This document shows positions 22,278 through 24,000 of a stretch of DNA of 24,000 nucleotides, one piece after another; the first letter of the stretch is position 1; every line of letters starts with the position of its first letter. Below the pieces are notes generated by a model, which saw only the letters and a program-made list of their open reading frames with translations, did no database searches and had not been told where the DNA came from. This DNA is from Candidatus Saccharimonadales bacterium (GTDB taxonomy: Bacteria; Patescibacteriota; Saccharimonadia; Saccharimonadales; UBA4665): contig DASZVP010000002.1 in assembly GCA_035546935.1 (NCBI GenBank), positions 38,564-62,563 on the forward strand, written 5' to 3'. A program made the translations under genes and the position numbers.

Positions 22278-23333
22278 CGCCAGCACTGTGCAGCTGTCGG
22301 TGAAGTGGTGAGTAATGATGTCAGCATCAGTGGTGGTAATAAAGGTTTGGTAGGGCGCCAGGTGCTCGGTTAAAGCGCGGCGACGTGAGCCGTCCAGTTC
22401 TGAGAAAACGTCGTCCAATAACAGTAGTGGGGTGGTGTCACGAGCTTCGGCCAGAAGCTTGAGTTCAATTATTTTTAGGGCCAGAACTAGGGTGCGTGTC
22501 TCACCACGTGAAGCGGCGGCGCTGGCTGGATGACCACCGATGCTCACCAGCAAATCTTCGCGGTGAGGGCCGCTGCCGGTGAAGCCCCGGTCTTGATCGA
22601 GCTCAATGCTGGTGGCGAGTTTTTTGAGGAGTTGGCTCTCGTAGTTTTCGGGTGGCCATGTAGCAGCATACTCAGCCATAACACCTGGTTGTTTGCCGCT
22701 AATATGGGCCAGTTCGCGGTACAACAAAGGCATTTCATTATTAATGCGTTTGGTTAGTTCGTGACGCGCACGAACAATTTGACCACCAAGTTGGCTAAGT
22801 CGCACGTCCCAGGCAAATAGCTGCTTTTGTAGATCTTGCGGGCGGCTCTTCAAAAGGGCATTGCGCTGAGCTAGTGTGCGCCGATATTGACGCCTAACAG
22901 CACCGTACCCAGGGGTGGTCTGCTCGATAAGATCGTCAAGATAATCGCGGCGGCGTTCGGGCGAACCGCTCAAAAGCTGAAGGTGATTTGGTTCAAACAG
23001 AACTGTTGGCAGACTATGAGCCAGTGTTAAACGCTTAAACGGCTTGCCAGCTATCTCATAGGTTTTGGATGGTTCTGGCGCCAGCACTAACTTTAGGCTG
23101 CGCTGTGAACCATCGTCGAGGTGGCTGTCCAGCCGCGCCCAGTCTTGTTTAAACTGCACGAGGTCAGTATCGCGCACCCTGTAAGATGTGCCGCGGGCCA
23201 GCACCAAAATCGCTTCTAACAGATTGGTTTTACCGCTGGCGTTCGGGCCAACAATAATGTTAACTCCCGCACCAAACTCAAACGACGCGTCTTTATAGGA
23301 CCTGAAGTGCTGCAGGCGCAGGTCAGTCAACAT
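22269..23333 (-). CDS. recF: DNA replication and repair protein RecF
   Basis: This is a 354-aa protein. The opening 'LRLQHFRSYKDASFEF…IVGPNASGKTNLLEAI' carries Walker A. The signature region is 'SGGQ'-like (here 'GSGPHREDL'), and Walker B is 'LLLLDDVFSELD'. It sits immediately downstream of dnaN. Confidence 0.93.
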   Translation of the reverse strand: MLTDLRLQHFRSYKDASFEFGAGVNIIVGPNASGKTNLLEAILVLARGTSYRVRDTDLVQFKQDWARLDSHLDDGSQRSLKLVLAPEPSKTYEIAGKPFKRLTLAHSLPTVLFEPNHLQLLSGSPERRRDYLDDLIEQTTPGYGAVRRQYRRTLAQRNALLKSRPQDLQKQLFAWDVRLSQLGGQIVRARHELTKRINNEMPLLYRELAHISGKQPGVMAEYAATWPPENYESQLLKKLATSIELDQDRGFTGSGPHREDLLVSIGGHPASAAASRGETRTLVLALKIIELKLLAEARDTTPLLLLDDVFSELDGSRRRALTEHLAPYQTFITTTDADIITHHFTDSCTVLALK

Positions 23334-23352
23334 GGTCTTATTGTACTAAGCC

Positions 23353-24000
23353 TTAGCTCTTGAGCGGCATGATGATATGCACGTAGTCGTCCTGGGATGG
23401 ATCGCTCAGCAGGGTAGCCTCCAGCTTACCGTTGAAGCCGAAGCGAACCTGCTCACCATTTAGGGCACCAAGGGCGTCCAACAAATAACGCGAATTCAGG
23501 GTAATGCTGCCGTTGCCTTTAACTTTGGCGCCGGCTGTTGCGGTGTTTTCGCCCAGCTGAGAAGCCACAGAGCGAATGCTGAGGTTTTGTTTGTCTTCGT
23601 CGACTTCAATTGTCACACTACCGGCGCTTTCGCGGGCAAACAGGCTGGAAACTTTGGTAACATTCAACAGGTCTGCGCGAGGCAAAACCACCTCGTTAGC
23701 AAAGCTGGCTGGAATTAGTTTACGGTAGTCTGGGTAATTACCATCTATCAGGCGTGTAACTAGTTCGGTGTCACCCACCTGGAACAAAACCTGTTGTTCA
23801 TCGTGAGTAACCTTTACGTCGCCGTCTTCGTCGCCCAAGATACGTAGCAAGTCTTGAAGGGCAGAGGCCGGTATCAACAGCTTGGCTTCGTGTTTGTTGG
23901 CGCCGAGGGTTTTCTCGGCTAAGCGGTAGCTGTCGGTGGCCGCCAGATACAACTTGCCACCCATACTGTGCAGCAAGGCCCCGGTTAAAATTGGTCGTGT
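23353..24000 (-). CDS. dnaN: DNA polymerase III beta sliding clamp (DnaN), C-terminal part; the gene continues beyond the window
   Basis: The frame is open to nt 24000. The sequence '…YRLAEK…LIDGNYPDYRKLIP…LNSRYLLDAL…HIIMPLKS' is typical of clamp domains II-III. The gene order is the canonical dnaN-recF. Confidence 0.9.
   Translation of the reverse strand, partial: TRPILTGALLHSMGGKLYLAATDSYRLAEKTLGANKHEAKLLIPASALQDLLRILGDEDGDVKVTHDEQQVLFQVGDTELVTRLIDGNYPDYRKLIPASFANEVVLPRADLLNVTKVSSLFARESAGSVTIEVDEDKQNLSIRSVASQLGENTATAGAKVKGNGSITLNSRYLLDALGALNGEQVRFGFNGKLEATLLSDPSQDDYVHIIMPLKS

Overview
This 24 kb window is compact and about 50% GC. It looks like an ultra-small, monoderm-type bacterium, possibly Patescibacteria/CPR or Saccharibacteria-like; that assignment is inferred from gene content, not from a search. 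The genetic code is standard, since TGA is used as a stop. The left third (1-6.7 kb) is housekeeping or accessory. It holds a 5'-truncated SGNH hydrolase, a membrane protein, tRNA-Arg(GCG), three tRNA-Ser isoacceptors (CGA, GCU, UGA), a YihY/BrkB membrane protein, a PH-domain-like membrane protein, ComF and an Hsp20 chaperone. The centre (6.7-22.3 kb) is one large type IV secretion (T4SS)-like locus. On the minus strand it has six tandem, diverged VirB2/TrbC-like pilin paralogs. Diverging from these on the plus strand are a VirB6/TrbL-like polytopic protein, a PrgI/VirB3-like protein, a VirB4 ATPase apparently split into two translationally coupled ORFs, a 913-aa orphan membrane protein, a three-domain cell-wall hydrolase (amidase plus NlpC/P60) and two bitopic membrane proteins. 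A single opposite-strand gene with an HTH-like N-terminus is embedded in the locus behind interdigitated divergent promoters. No coupling protein (VirD4), relaxase, integrase, transposase, CRISPR array or rRNA is visible. The right edge carries recF and the 3' part of dnaN, so the locus lies next to the replication-origin gene neighbourhood. Other observations are a 21-nt duplicate of the tRNA-Ser(GCU) 3' end next to a strongly structured 112-nt spacer, and -10-like hexamers 6-9 nt upstream of ATG starts that suggest leaderless mRNAs. All functional calls come from motif recognition by eye; no database search was run.
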